The notes beneath the pieces were generated by a model, which was not told the DNA's origin, ran no database searches, and saw only the letters and a list, made by a program, of their open reading frames with translations. The translations under genes were made by a program, and so were the position numbers. This document shows, one piece after another, positions 12,462 through 21,326 of a stretch of DNA of 64,000 bases (the first letter of the stretch is position 1; each line of letters opens with the position of its first letter). This stretch comes from Bacteroidota bacterium (lineage in GTDB: Bacteria > Bacteroidota > Bacteroidia > AKYH767-A > OLB10): the NCBI GenBank assembly GCA_016722525.1, contig JADKJB010000013.1, positions 58,914 to 122,913 of the forward strand, in the 5' to 3' direction.

Positions 12462-13799
12462 TTGACAGAAACTTCAGCTCCCGACATTTCTAATTCCATT
12501 AAAGGGAATAAAAAAATAGTGAATGCCTGGGCAATGTACGACTGGGCAAATTCGGTTTATTCACTCACTATAACAACAGCTGTTTTCCCGATTTATTTTA
12601 TAGAAGTTACTTCAGGAAGTGGAAGTGATATAGTGCGTTTTTTAGGAAGAGATTTTAAAAATACAGCTCTTTATTCTTATTCACTATCAATTTCATTTTT
12701 GCTCATCGCTTTGCTTTCACCATTACTATCGGCTATTGCCGATTCAAGTGGAAGCAAGAAAGGTTTCATGAAGTTTTTTGCCTGGATGGGAGGGATGTCA
12801 TGTGCAGGTTTATTCTTTTTTGATAGCTCAAATTTATGGTTGGGTGTTTTATTTTTTATGTTGGCCAGCATTGGTTATTCCGGTAGCATAGTTTTTTATA
12901 ATTCCTATCTTCCCGAAATAGCCGAACCCGAAGATCAGGACCGAGTAAGTGCTAAAGGCTATGCGCTTGGATATATAGGGAGTTCCATATTGCTGATATT
13001 TAATTTATTGATGATTTTGAATCCTAACTGGTTTGGTATAGCTGAGGGAACTACTTTCCCGGCCAGGTTTTCTTTTCTGGTGGTAGGAGCATGGTGGATT
13101 GGCTTTTCTGCATATACCTTTTATCATTTACCTTCGAACGTTTATCGCCGGCAACGTGAAGGACACTATTTATTAAGAGGTTATCATGAGTTAATAAAAG
13201 TGTGGAAAGAACTTAAAAAACTAAAATATCTTACCCGGTTTCTGTTGTCTTTTTTCTTCTATAACATGGGCGTTCAAACTGTAATGTATGTAGCCACCCT
13301 TTTCGGAGAAAAAGAAGTTCATTTGGGAACAGCTGAACTAATTATTACAGTTTTAATTATTCAGTTTGTAGCAATCGGTGGTGCTTTTCTTTTTTCTGCC
13401 CTATCAGCAAAGTTTGGAAATATTAAAGCCTTAATGGTGGCTATTTTTATTTGGGTGGGCATTTGTATAGGTGCGTATAATTTATATGATCCCAATGCAT
13501 TTTATGTTTTGGCTTTTGTGGTGGGTATGGTCATGGGTGGTATTCAGTCGCTCAGCAGAAGTACGTATTCTAAAATGCTTCCCGAAACTCAGGATCATGC
13601 CTCTTATTTTAGTTTCTATGATGTTTGCGATAAATTAGGACTTGTGATTGGTACAGCATCATATGGATTAATTGAAGAGCTCACTGGCAGCATGAGGAAT
13701 TCAGTGCTTTCACTTATAGTATTCTTTATGGTTGGACTATTCTTCCTGTTGCGAAGCATGGTGCTAAAAAGCAGAGAAAAAATTAGTAGTAACATTTGA
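12462..13799 (+). CDS. MFS transporter, UMF1/Atg22-like family
   Basis: About 12 predicted hydrophobic segments, with an N-terminal AWAMYDWANSVYS motif typical of the Atg22-like family. The only in-frame start after the upstream stop is TTG at 12462. Confidence 0.8.
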   Translation: MTETSAPDISNSIKGNKKIVNAWAMYDWANSVYSLTITTAVFPIYFIEVTSGSGSDIVRFLGRDFKNTALYSYSLSISFLLIALLSPLLSAIADSSGSKKGFMKFFAWMGGMSCAGLFFFDSSNLWLGVLFFMLASIGYSGSIVFYNSYLPEIAEPEDQDRVSAKGYALGYIGSSILLIFNLLMILNPNWFGIAEGTTFPARFSFLVVGAWWIGFSAYTFYHLPSNVYRRQREGHYLLRGYHELIKVWKELKKLKYLTRFLLSFFFYNMGVQTVMYVATLFGEKEVHLGTAELIITVLIIQFVAIGGAFLFSALSAKFGNIKALMVAIFIWVGICIGAYNLYDPNAFYVLAFVVGMVMGGIQSLSRSTYSKMLPETQDHASYFSFYDVCDKLGLVIGTASYGLIEELTGSMRNSVLSLIVFFMVGLFFLLRSMVLKSREKISSNI

Positions 13800-13855
13800 T
13801 AGCTTTCATTTAGAACTAACAGTCATTACAGAATTGATTCAAAAACTTAAAGACA

Positions 13856-14575
13856 TTGATTGTAGATATTTTTATACCTTGTTATATTGATCAGTATTAC
13901 CCTGAAACCGCATCCAACATGGTTAAAGTGCTGGAGAAAATAGGCTGTGGCGTAAATTATAACACCGAACAAACTTGTTGTGGATTGCCTGCTTTTCATA
14001 ACGGCTACCGTGATCACTGTAAAGACGTTGGAGAGAAATTAATCTTTGAATTTCAAAATGACCGCTACATTGTCTCTCCCGGTGCTTCCTGCGTAAATAT
14101 GGTGAAAAATTATTATCCCGAAGTTTTTCATAACTCTTCATTGCATAATGAATATAAGCAAGTGCAGAAGTATTTTTTTGAATTTTCTGATTTTCTGGTC
14201 AACATAATGCATGTGAATGATGTTGGTGCACGTTTGGTTGCAAAAGCTACATTTCTTGATAATTGTTCTGCTTTGCGTGAATGTGGTATTCATGAAAGCC
14301 CTCGCTTATTACTCAATAAAGTCAAAGGTTTGAAGCTCGTTGAAATGAAGGATGACGATACTTGCTGTGGTTGGGGTGGTTCCTTTGCTTCGAGATACGA
14401 AGATATTGCTGTGAAACTGGCTGAAAAAAAGGTGGACCAGGTGCTAAAGTCCGGTGCTGAGATAATAATAAGCACGGATACCGGATGTCTGATGCATTTA
14501 GAAGGATATATTAGTAAGAATAATATACCTTTAAAAGTGATGCATTTAGCAGATGTTTTAGCTTCAGGATTATAA
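13856..14575 (+). CDS. (Fe-S)-binding CCG-domain protein, LutA-like (lactate utilisation protein A family)
   Basis: The sequence aligns by eye along its length to B. subtilis LutA. Shared elements include IFIPCYIDQ, CCGLPAFHNGY, SPGASC, CCGWGGSF, TDTGCLMHL and VMHLADVL. The apparent start is TTG. No lutB or lutC is adjacent. Confidence 0.8.
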   Translation: MIVDIFIPCYIDQYYPETASNMVKVLEKIGCGVNYNTEQTCCGLPAFHNGYRDHCKDVGEKLIFEFQNDRYIVSPGASCVNMVKNYYPEVFHNSSLHNEYKQVQKYFFEFSDFLVNIMHVNDVGARLVAKATFLDNCSALRECGIHESPRLLLNKVKGLKLVEMKDDDTCCGWGGSFASRYEDIAVKLAEKKVDQVLKSGAEIIISTDTGCLMHLEGYISKNNIPLKVMHLADVLASGL

Positions 14576-14749
14576 TTTTTTTTCTTTCATTTTTAGAATC
14601 ATTTTTCCTTTGAATTTGGTTGAAAAATGCTTTCATCCAAAGAACGCCTTTAATAGTAGAAATAGCACGGATCTTTAATTGCAATCAGGTCGGGTCCAGC
14701 CATGACTCAATGCGAAAACCGAGCCTGGCGAAGCGGAGACTCCAAAGCG

Positions 14750-15618
14750 CTAAACAACTTTATAATTCTTCCACTCCCCAAACCGCCACCCGGTAAAATC
14801 TTCAAATCCATGCAACAGTTTTGAAGTAAGTGGCATGTTTTTCTTAGTAGGATCAAAAGAAAATTTCCAATTTTGTCTGGCAATTTTTTCTTGTATAACG
14901 GCAGGGTGTACACCTTTGAAGAGAGATAAAGAATCTATTTTAGAATAATCAAATTCATCACTGATTACAATATTTTTTTTAATCCACTCATCATCATGCC
15001 ATAATTTATGAAATGATTCTTGCTTTAACTGCATGGCTCCGGGAGGTTTCACCCACCCGTAATGATGAATACAGGCCGACACCGGCTTTACGTTCAACTT
15101 TTTCCACTCTTTTTAAATCCCTGTGCATCTTTATAAGAGCGAATTGCCTTATCGTTTTTGATGACACGTATTTCTTTGCGGTACCATTTTCGCGAACTGC
15201 CAATATAATCGTAGGAACCGTAAAAATGTTTATAATTAAATAACAGGCCATCTACATTTGGTACATCTTTATATTTAATCATGGCATCTTTCACAGCTTC
15301 AATTCCATGTTCATGAAAAACTTCATCCCCTTGGATGTAAAAGGCCCAATCTGCATCAGGAGCAATCGCATCGAAAGCTTTGTCTGTTTCTATAGCCAGC
15401 ACTTTTCCATTCTCACGAATAGAATCATCCCAAATGCTATCTATAATTTTTATACGTCGATCATCTATGGAGGCAATCAGGCTTCGGGTGGCATCCTCTG
15501 AATTCCCAACCATAACAATTACCTCATCACACAAAGGAAGAATGGATAAAATAGCCTCCTTGATTGGATAATCGTACTTAATTGCATTACGAATAAAAGT
15601 AAAGCCTGAAACTTTCAA
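14750..15618 (-). pseudogene. Family 2 glycosyltransferase, one frame break as sequenced
   Basis: The N-terminal ORF (MKVSGFTFIRNAIKYDYPIKEAILSILPLCDEVIV...) abuts the C-terminal ORF (LNVKPVSACIHHYGWVKPP...). The junction is at T5 15099-15103, which is A5 on the coding strand. Confidence 0.8.
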
Positions 15619-15744
15619 TACTAGGATTTTTTATAAATTTGAGAATTGGAGGTCGAGAAATTCAGAGATAAATGGATGTTAAGATATAGCGTTTTTATGT
15701 AATAGTTTATTGAATGGTCACACTATCCCACAAACTCACAAACA

Positions 15745-17106
15745 TCAATCCTTAATCACAAAATTCAATGCCATACCAATATAATTGGAAGGGCTGTATT
15801 TTTTTAATTCAATTTTAATTGCATCATTTACATTCAAACGATCAATAAACTCATGCATGGTAGCTTTATTGATTTTTTCGCCGGTACGAGTCAAATCTTT
15901 TAATGCTTCATATGGATTCGGATAACCTTCGCGGCGCAATACGGTCTGGATAGCTTCTGCAACAACTGCCCAGTTATTTTCAAGGTCTTCTTCAATGGTT
16001 TTTCTATTAACTTTAATTTTATTCAATCCCCTAGTGAGTGATTTTAATGCAAGGAGTGAATGAGCAAATGGAACACCTGTATTTCGAAGCACTGTTGAAT
16101 CGGTGAGATCACGTTGCATTCTTGAAATGGGTAGTTTTGCTGATAGGTGTTCAAAAATAGCATTGGCAAAACCAAAATTGCCCTCCGCATTTTCAAAGTC
16201 AATCGGGTTTACTTTATGAGGCATCGCACTAGATCCAACTTCTCCCTTTTTCACTTCTTGTGTAAAATAGTTCATGGATATATAGGTCCAGATATCACGA
16301 CAAAGATCTACTAAAATTGTATTAATCCTTTTGAGGTTATCGAAAAGTGCAGCTAAGTTATCATAGTGATCAATCTGAGTAGTTATTTGTGATCTGTGTA
16401 ATCCAAAACTTTCCACAAAAGTATTGCCAAATTGCACCCAATCTATTTCCGGATAAGCAGCATAATGAGCATTGAAATTGCCGGTGGCACCACCAAATTT
16501 TGCAGACCAGGGAATGTTTTTCAGCTGTTGGAGTTGCATGTCCAGTCTGTTAATAAAAACTGCAATTTCTTTACCTAGTGCCGTTGGTGAAGCGGGCTGA
16601 CCGTGCGTACGTGCCATCATCGGTAGGTCTCTCCATTCTTCCGAGAGGGCAATAAGTTTGTTACGGGCTGCAGTTATTTCCGGTAGCATTATTTTTTCCA
16701 TAGCATCTTTGATGGAGAGTGGAATTGCTGTGTTGTTGATGTCTTGGGATGTAAGCCCAAAATGGATAAACTCACTGCAATGACCTAAAAGCACTTCATA
16801 AGTTTGCTTTAAATAATATTCAACTGCTTTTACATCGTGATTTGTAACGGCCTCAATATCTTTAATAGTTTTTATATCAATAGTTGATGGATCTTTCACC
16901 AGTTGCTCTAGTGCTTTTATAGCTTCAGTGGAAACATTTTTTAACTGTGGCAGTGGTATCTTGCAAAGTGCCAGGAAATAGGCAGCTTCTATTTTTACGC
17001 GATACCTTATCAATGAGGCTTCTGAGAAATAAGCTGCAAGTGGTTCGCAATTTTTTCGGTATCGGCCATCCACTGGCGAAATAGCATCTAGAGTTGAAAG
17101 GTTCAT
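15745..17106 (-). CDS. purB: Adenylosuccinate lyase
   Basis: The protein starts MNLSTLDAISPVDGRY. The fumarate-lyase signature is GSSAMPHKVNPIDFEN. The ORF is intact; the start was chosen at the internal Met at 17106. Confidence 0.95.
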   Translation of the reverse strand: MNLSTLDAISPVDGRYRKNCEPLAAYFSEASLIRYRVKIEAAYFLALCKIPLPQLKNVSTEAIKALEQLVKDPSTIDIKTIKDIEAVTNHDVKAVEYYLKQTYEVLLGHCSEFIHFGLTSQDINNTAIPLSIKDAMEKIMLPEITAARNKLIALSEEWRDLPMMARTHGQPASPTALGKEIAVFINRLDMQLQQLKNIPWSAKFGGATGNFNAHYAAYPEIDWVQFGNTFVESFGLHRSQITTQIDHYDNLAALFDNLKRINTILVDLCRDIWTYISMNYFTQEVKKGEVGSSAMPHKVNPIDFENAEGNFGFANAIFEHLSAKLPISRMQRDLTDSTVLRNTGVPFAHSLLALKSLTRGLNKIKVNRKTIEEDLENNWAVVAEAIQTVLRREGYPNPYEALKDLTRTGEKINKATMHEFIDRLNVNDAIKIELKKYSPSNYIGMALNFVIKD

Positions 17107-17124
17107 GTTTATAGTATGAGTTCG

Positions 17125-17132
17125 CAAATATA
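17125..17132 (-). promoter_or_regulatory. -7 box TATATTTG upstream of purB
   Basis: The plus strand reads CAAATATA, which is TAnnTTTG on the minus strand. It lies 19 nt upstream of the purB ATG. Confidence 0.45.
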
Positions 17133-17216
17133 CATAACAACCACCAAAACTGACCTAATATTTGGATTTGCGAGCCTTGTTTAGCAAATTTGCATACTGA
17201 TTCTAATCCGGCTTAC

Positions 17217-17900
17217 ATGAAACAATTTGGATATATATTTATTTCGACACTGTTATTTTGGATTTGTTTTTCAGAATTACTTATTGCACAAAACAATCAG
17301 GATACCGTTTTTACTAAAGATAGCAAGAATAAAGATCTGGTGATGATGGAAGTTTTTGATAGTAAAGGTCAACTGGTTTTGGTTGGTAGAATTTTAAATG
17401 GAAAAAATGAAGGCATATTTAGAAATTATAACGAAAAAAGTACTGTAATTGCTATTCAGGAATTTCATGATGGTTTGCTCGATGGGATATTCCTCAAATT
17501 TGGTGATAATGGTGCTCTGGAACTGGAGGAGAATTATAAGGAAGGTATGTTGCATGGCGTACGAGTCCAATATCGTTTTGGTGGAATAAAAAAATCTACT
17601 GAGAAATTTAAAGATGGAAAACTGGACGGGCAGAAAGTAGTTTTTTATGATAATGGATTTAAACAGGAAGAAGCTGCTTTCAAAAAAGGTTTACGTGATG
17701 GCTTATCCACCTGGTACAACCAAAGTGAAATAGTAACTATTCAATATTCTTATAAAGCTGGTTTGTTAGACGGACCGGCGAAAACATTTTTCTATAATTC
17801 AAAAGTTCAAACCGAAGGATTGTATGTGAATGATCTGGAAGAAGGTGAATGGAAACATTTTGATGATACCGGAAAACATGTAAAAATCGGTGTTCTATGA
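17217..17900 (+). CDS. MORN-repeat-variant protein (YwqK-like) with signal peptide
   Basis: The sequence carries repeated G..(D/H)G....(Y/F)..NG modules. The N-terminal hydrophobic segment is FGYIFISTLLFWICF. The start was chosen at MKQFGYIF. Confidence 0.7.
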   Translation: MKQFGYIFISTLLFWICFSELLIAQNNQDTVFTKDSKNKDLVMMEVFDSKGQLVLVGRILNGKNEGIFRNYNEKSTVIAIQEFHDGLLDGIFLKFGDNGALELEENYKEGMLHGVRVQYRFGGIKKSTEKFKDGKLDGQKVVFYDNGFKQEEAAFKKGLRDGLSTWYNQSEIVTIQYSYKAGLLDGPAKTFFYNSKVQTEGLYVNDLEEGEWKHFDDTGKHVKIGVL

Positions 17901-18093
17901 AAAAGGAAAAGTGCTGAAGGAAGTGATTCGATAAGCTCTTTTTGTTCATTCCTTTGGAATTAGTGTTGATTTAAGCTCTTTTATTCAGCTTTTCTACTGT
18001 TTTTTGGATCTTTATTTGTAGAATTATAGCTATTCCAAAGTCGAAATAGTAATTTAAGACATTGAAATACTGGTAGAAAGAATTTATTTTTTA

Positions 18094-18121
18094 GGAAACT
18101 TTGCAAACAATAAAAGTTTCC
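18094..18121. promoter_or_regulatory. Perfect 9-bp inverted repeat (GGAAACTTT-N10-AAAGTTTCC), candidate TetR operator
   Basis: GGAAACTTT at 18094-18102 and AAAGTTTCC at 18113-18121, ending 19 nt upstream of the TetR ATG at 18140. Confidence 0.5.
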
Positions 18122-18139
18122 GTAGTTTTGCCTTCCGAA

Positions 18140-18760
18140 ATGAAAATAGAAGCAGAAGATAGAATTATTGAATCCGCAACCGAGTTATTTTACCGGTTTG
18201 GAATCAAAAGCATAACCATGGATGATGTAGCCAAACATCTCGCCATGTCTAAAAAAACGTTATATCATCATTTTCGTGATAAAAACGAAATGGTGATGAA
18301 ATGTTGTCATCAGGATTTAATGAATCGTGATTGCGTGTTCAAAGAAATTGCTGATTCTGCTATCGACCCTATTCATGAAATGATGAATATGATGAAGCAT
18401 CTCGAATCGATTTTCACTAAAATCAACCCTAATTTGTTTTATGATTTACAAAAGTATTACCCTGAAGTTTGGAAAATGTTCAGACAATTCAAGGAAACAA
18501 ATATGCTGAAGATGATTGAAGCAAATTTCCTCAAAGGAATTGAACTCAAGTTGTACAGAAAGGATATCAACATTCACATTATGGCTCGGTTAAGAATTGA
18601 AGAAGTTGAAATGGGCTTTAATCCCGAATTGTTCCCCCCTGATAAATTTAATTTTGCCAAAGTGCAGGTTGCTTTGCTGGATCATTTTATGCATGGTATA
18701 ACAACAATAAAAGGGCATAAGCTAATTAACAAATATAAACAAATAATTGAAGAGGAATAA
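18140..18760 (+). CDS. TetR/AcrR family transcriptional regulator
   Basis: The N-terminal HTH is RIIESATELFYRFGIKSITMDDVAKHLAMSKKTLYHHF. It is the first gene of an efflux operon. Confidence 0.9.
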   Translation: MKIEAEDRIIESATELFYRFGIKSITMDDVAKHLAMSKKTLYHHFRDKNEMVMKCCHQDLMNRDCVFKEIADSAIDPIHEMMNMMKHLESIFTKINPNLFYDLQKYYPEVWKMFRQFKETNMLKMIEANFLKGIELKLYRKDINIHIMARLRIEEVEMGFNPELFPPDKFNFAKVQVALLDHFMHGITTIKGHKLINKYKQIIEEE

Positions 18761-18771
18761 ATCCTGTTTTT

Positions 18772-20142
18772 ATGAAACTAAATAAAATTAGTACGAAGTT
18801 TTTTTATCCACTGATGGTTGCTTGTTTGATCGGCACAACCCCATTTTCTTCCTTTGCTCAGAATGGTGAACCAACATCCTTTACTGTTAGTCAGGCAATT
18901 GAATATGCGATAAAGAATAATGTCAATATTCTTAATGCGGATCTGGATATTCAGATTTCACAAGCTAGAATTAATGAATTAATTGGTGTGGGTTTACCTC
19001 AGGTAAACGGTTCCGCCGATATAAATAATTTTCTTGAAATTCCTACTCAGTTTGTTCCGGGTGAGTTTTTTGACGGTGAACCGGGGACTTTTGCACCGGT
19101 GCAATTTGGACAGAAATACAGTTCTTCTGCCGGCATCAGCGCTACCCAACTCTTGTTTGATGGAACTTATCTGGTGGGTTTGCAAGCATCAAAAACCTAT
19201 GTAGAATTAGCCAAAAAAAATGCAGCGCAAACTAAAATTGAAACTGCAGTGAATGTGAGTAAAGCCTATTACTTTGTTTTAGTTGCACAGGAAAGATTCA
19301 AGCAACTGGAAAGTGATTTAATTCGACTTGATAAGCTTAAAAGTGATACCAGAGCACTTTTCGACAATGGGTTCGTTGAAAAAATTGATTACGACAGGAT
19401 TGAACTAAATTACAATTTACTTGAAAGTGCGAGGAATCAAACGAAAAGAATGGTTGACAATAGTTATTTGATTCTAAAATTTCAAATGGGTGTTGATTTA
19501 AAAACACCCATAGCTCTATCTGAAACTATTCAGGATTTAAACGTGGATCCTTCCATAATGACCAAAGATAGTATCCCTGTGAGTTCACGTAACGAATATG
19601 CGATACTTGAAACACAATATAAACTGGCAGGTCTCGATCTTAAAAGATATCGCGCATCACGCATGCCTAGTTTAGGACTTTTTGGAAGCTTAAGCGCCAA
19701 TGCTTCAAGGAATGAATTCAATATTTTTGATCCCGATTATAAGTGGTATCCTACTGCTGTTGTTGGCGTCTCTTTATCTGTTCCTATTTTCAGGGGATTT
19801 GTTATCAGCTCTCAGGCAAAACAGGCACGACTCACCCAGTACAAAGTGGAAAATGCATTCTTGTTACTCGAGCAAAGTATTAATCTGGAATACCGAAATA
19901 CACTGACCAGTCTTCAAAATAATATCGATAAATTGGAAACACAAAAGAAAAATAGAGAATTGGCCCGTGAAATCTCACGTGTTTCAAAAATAAAATACGA
20001 TCAGGGTGTTGGCTCCAATCTCGAAGTAATTGATGCGGAATCTTCGCTTCGTGAAGCTGAAACAAATTATTTTACAGCACTTCTGGAAGCAATAATTTCG
20101 AAAATCGATTTAGATAAAGCTGCCGGACTTATTAAGTATTAA
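18772..20142 (+). CDS. TolC-family outer-membrane efflux protein
   Basis: A signal peptide is followed by two-repeat coiled-coil/OEP architecture. Position in the TetR-OMF-MFP-RND operon supports the call. Confidence 0.88.
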   Translation: MKLNKISTKFFYPLMVACLIGTTPFSSFAQNGEPTSFTVSQAIEYAIKNNVNILNADLDIQISQARINELIGVGLPQVNGSADINNFLEIPTQFVPGEFFDGEPGTFAPVQFGQKYSSSAGISATQLLFDGTYLVGLQASKTYVELAKKNAAQTKIETAVNVSKAYYFVLVAQERFKQLESDLIRLDKLKSDTRALFDNGFVEKIDYDRIELNYNLLESARNQTKRMVDNSYLILKFQMGVDLKTPIALSETIQDLNVDPSIMTKDSIPVSSRNEYAILETQYKLAGLDLKRYRASRMPSLGLFGSLSANASRNEFNIFDPDYKWYPTAVVGVSLSVPIFRGFVISSQAKQARLTQYKVENAFLLLEQSINLEYRNTLTSLQNNIDKLETQKKNRELAREISRVSKIKYDQGVGSNLEVIDAESSLREAETNYFTALLEAIISKIDLDKAAGLIKY

Positions 20143-20181
20143 TTCATTTGCTCACTACCAAAAATTTTCAAAAATAATTAT

Positions 20182-21300
20182 ATGAAAAAAATTATTGTAT
20201 TCGCCTCTCTGTCGTTATTTATGTTTTCATGCGCAAGCAACGAAGGTGATGATAAACAGGCTCAGTTGGATAAATTAGTCAGTCAGCAAGCCGAGTTGTC
20301 GGTGAAAATTCGTACGCTGAAAGACGAAATTAAAAAAACAACTGGTGATAATACCGGCATTCGTCTGGTAGCACTTGCAACGCCACAATTAACCAGATTT
20401 AGACACTATGTTGACATACAAGCTAAAGTTGATGGCGACGAAAGTGTTACCGTAAGCCCTCGAACTCAAGGTATCGTTACCAGTATCCTCGTCAAAGAAG
20501 GTGACCGGGTTACCAAAGGCCAGGTTTTGGCTTCCCTCGATGATCAAATCGCAAGACAAACCTATGCGGAAGTGCAAACCCAATACGATTTTGCAAATAA
20601 TATTTATATGAAGCAAAAGAATCTCTGGGATCAGAAAATTGGAAGCGAAGTGCAGTTTCTTACCGCTAAAAACAATAAGGAATCTCTTGAAAAACGTCTC
20701 GCAGCAGTCAATGAACAACTTGACCTTACTCGAGTTAAATCTCCGGTAAATGGAACTGTTGATAATGTGGCAATAAAAATCGGACAAGCTGTTATGCCAG
20801 GGATGCCTGTAATGTCGGTAGTGAACCTAACTAATTTAAAAGTGAAGGGCGAAGTTGGTGAATCGTATGCGGGAAAAATTAAAAAAGGCGACGAAGTAAT
20901 TCTATTCTTCCCTGATCTCAATAAAGAAATAGTGTCTAAAGTTAGCTTTTCTTCTAAAGCAATTAATACATTAAATAGAACTTTTAATGTTGAAGTAGTA
21001 CTCAACAATGTGGTTGAAGACTTAAAACCAAATATGGTTGTTGTAATGAAAATTGTGGATTACAAAAACGATCAGGCGTTGGTACTTCCTATTGACTTGC
21101 TTCAAAGATCTGCTGAAGGTTATTTTGCAATGATCGCTGTTGATCAGGGAAATAAATTAGTTGCAAAAAGAACAGCCGTTACTACCGGTCAAATGTATGG
21201 TGGTCAGGCAGAAATTGTTTCAGGAATATCAGGCACCGACCAGATTGTTATTACCGGTTACCGAGATCTTAATGAAGGTGAAGAAATACGTACGAAATAA
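20182..21300 (+). CDS. RND efflux periplasmic adaptor (membrane fusion protein), lipoprotein
   Basis: The lipobox is LFMFSCAS. It has coiled-coil plus barrel-sandwich motifs (VKEGDRVTKGQVLASLDD, LTRVKSPVNGTV). Confidence 0.9.
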   Translation: MKKIIVFASLSLFMFSCASNEGDDKQAQLDKLVSQQAELSVKIRTLKDEIKKTTGDNTGIRLVALATPQLTRFRHYVDIQAKVDGDESVTVSPRTQGIVTSILVKEGDRVTKGQVLASLDDQIARQTYAEVQTQYDFANNIYMKQKNLWDQKIGSEVQFLTAKNNKESLEKRLAAVNEQLDLTRVKSPVNGTVDNVAIKIGQAVMPGMPVMSVVNLTNLKVKGEVGESYAGKIKKGDEVILFFPDLNKEIVSKVSFSSKAINTLNRTFNVEVVLNNVVEDLKPNMVVVMKIVDYKNDQALVLPIDLLQRSAEGYFAMIAVDQGNKLVAKRTAVTTGQMYGGQAEIVSGISGTDQIVITGYRDLNEGEEIRTK

Positions 21301-21326
21301 TCAGGAGCTTTTAACTAACTACCACT

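Noticed and set aside
20389-21008. Two minus-strand ORFs (132 and 125 aa) inside the MFP gene.
   Set aside because: They are antisense to a well-supported RND adaptor gene, with no motifs of their own.
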